The position numbers and the translations under genes were made by a program. From the NCBI GenBank assembly GCA_028873375.1, contig JAGWKU010000001.1:11763-75762 (forward strand): a stretch of 64,000 bases of DNA, written 5' to 3'. The notes beneath the pieces were generated by a model, which saw only the letters and a program-made list of their open reading frames with translations, did no database searches and was not told where the DNA came from. Shown here piece after piece: positions 63,140 through 64,000 of this stretch; the first letter of the stretch is position 1, and each line of letters begins with the position of its first letter. The stretch is from Verrucomicrobiota bacterium. GTDB lineage: Bacteria > Chlamydiota > Chlamydiia > Chlamydiales > SM23-39.

Positions 63140-63379
63140 ATGTCTTCCAACGTAGTCCAAACAAGTACTTTGCTTCGCCATGGAGCAATTGCGATAGAAG
63201 AGCAAGATGCTTATTGTGCCGTAATATTTAAAACAGCAAAAGAGGCGAAAAAGTATTTTGAGGCTAATCAACCCTCCATAGTGTCGCCCCGTCAGATGCA
63301 TTGCAGGCGGATAGAATCTTCTATTCCCTTCGAAGCTCACAGCCAGAAGACCGAAGTAAAAAGATTTTTAGTAGTTTGA
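63140..63379 (+). CDS. hypothetical protein (79 aa)
   Basis: A strong RBS GAGGAGG lies 6 nt upstream of the ATG. No family recognised. Confidence 0.4.
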   Translation: MSSNVVQTSTLLRHGAIAIEEQDAYCAVIFKTAKEAKKYFEANQPSIVSPRQMHCRRIESSIPFEAHSQKTEVKRFLVV

Positions 63380-63579
63380 GTGATTGGAACGAAGCTCTCA
63401 AAAAGGAAGATGAGTTTGCGCGCTCGGTAGCGGAGATTGGAGGAATGCTGAGCATGGAATTCATGGGAATATCAAAAGAAATAGCGATGAGCAAAATCCA
63501 ATTTAGGCAGATCGAGGCTTATCTGGCATTTATCAATGCGTTTAAGGCTTCGGGAAGAACGCCTAAGCCTTTTTTGTGA
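63301..63579 (+). CDS. hypothetical ORF overlapping the previous one in another frame (possible frameshifted continuation)
   Basis: A 92-aa ORF overlaps 63140..63379 by 79 nt. There is no obvious RBS at its ATG. Confidence 0.3.
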   Translation: MQADRIFYSLRSSQPEDRSKKIFSSLSDWNEALKKEDEFARSVAEIGGMLSMEFMGISKEIAMSKIQFRQIEAYLAFINAFKASGRTPKPFL

Positions 63580-63589
63580 GATATTTTCT

Positions 63590-63610
63590 AATGTAAAGCC
63601 GCTTTACATT
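63590..63610. repeat. palindromic repeat copy 8 (aatgtaaagc-c-gctttacatt)
   Basis: Lies 10 nt after the stop at 63577-63579 and 85 nt upstream of the ATG at 63696. Confidence 0.95.
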
Positions 63611-63695
63611 TGGGAAGCGCTGCTTTTCTTTGCCTAAAAAACCCCTTTTGGTTAAAAGAGGTTTGGGATAGCCTATACCCCTGAGATTGACTGTT

Positions 63696-64000
63696 ATGCG
63701 GAACGTTACACTTCTTGTTGCCTCTCTCCTGATCGGATTGGGAGTTTTTTGGTCTTGGATTTACTTCCCTGGTTTTCGATCGAAAGTCGAAGACTTGCTG
63801 AGCTCGGGCACTTTTCAAACGCTCGAAGTGAGGTATTCGGCCGAGGCGATCATGGATGCTCATCGCAAGGAATTGTTGAAGGACGGCGACCATGTCTTTT
63901 TGGAGCCGAACTTGAAGTTTGTTCCTTATTTGCTGATGGAAGTGAAGTACAATCGGACGCAGGATAAGACGGGAGAAGGGGTTATTTTGTGGGGTCTTGT
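63696..64000 (+). CDS. hypothetical membrane-anchored protein, N-terminal part (runs off the window)
   Basis: The frame from ATG 63696 is open to the window end, so it is absent from the ORF track because no stop is reached. MRNVTLLVASLLIGLGVFWSWIYF is an N-terminal TM or signal anchor. Confidence 0.45.
   Translation, partial: MRNVTLLVASLLIGLGVFWSWIYFPGFRSKVEDLLSSGTFQTLEVRYSAEAIMDAHRKELLKDGDHVFLEPNLKFVPYLLMEVKYNRTQDKTGEGVILWGL

Noticed and set aside
5420-63610. The possibility that the repeated palindromes form a CRISPR array.
   Set aside because: The copies are kilobases apart, irregularly spaced, and lie in or between unrelated genes. There are no spacers and no cas genes.

Overview
This looks like a chromosomal core-genome segment from a member of the Chlamydiae, probably an environmental (non-Chlamydiaceae) lineage. 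The evidence is two MOMP-family outer-membrane proteins with VPVGNP and RLIDE..FRF signatures, an RpoD-type sigma factor, a minimal gspD-E-F-G type II secretion cluster, aminotransferase-mreC adjacency and recC-recB-recD, alongside murI and a canonical OmpR-type regulator.

I call about 60 CDS and 2 tRNAs (Ala-GGC, Ser-GCU). I see no rRNA, CRISPR array, IS element, integrase or prophage. Gene blocks in order:
- Three porin-like OMP genes, an LplT-like MFS/acyltransferase fusion, recCBD and rpsT.
- A CoiA-like gene, rpoD, aspC-mreC and two tandem TagB/TagF-like glycerophosphotransferase paralogs.
- mutY and a GT4 glycosyltransferase fusion.
- A T2SS cluster followed by a signal-peptide MORN-repeat protein.
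- A TPR-VWA-rsmD operon, transporters and an orphan OmpR-family regulator.
- murI downstream of tolQ-tolR-tolA-like-tolB-pal plus a LysM coiled-coil lipoprotein.
- tatD, sdhCAB, two permeases, an mnmG-receiver-lplA-CPBP operon, a 29-aa bS22-like microprotein, dnaB and tRNA-Ser.

Two signals are not explained by the gene annotation:
1. A sequence-invariant perfect palindrome, AATGTAAAGC-N-GCTTTACATT, occurs 8 times. Two copies are tandem after rpoD, two overlap stop codons at convergent gene ends, one sits 10 nt upstream of the tatD start, one lies between two same-strand genes near the window end, and two are in frame inside recC and gspD. Arm-only copies occur inside other genes.
2. A roughly 290-bp, visibly GC-rich, multi-hairpin element at 33679-33969 is closed by 22-nt imperfect inverted termini and lies between convergent genes. 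It could be a novel structured RNA or a MITE-like insertion.

All functional calls rest on motif recognition by eye. No database search was possible.
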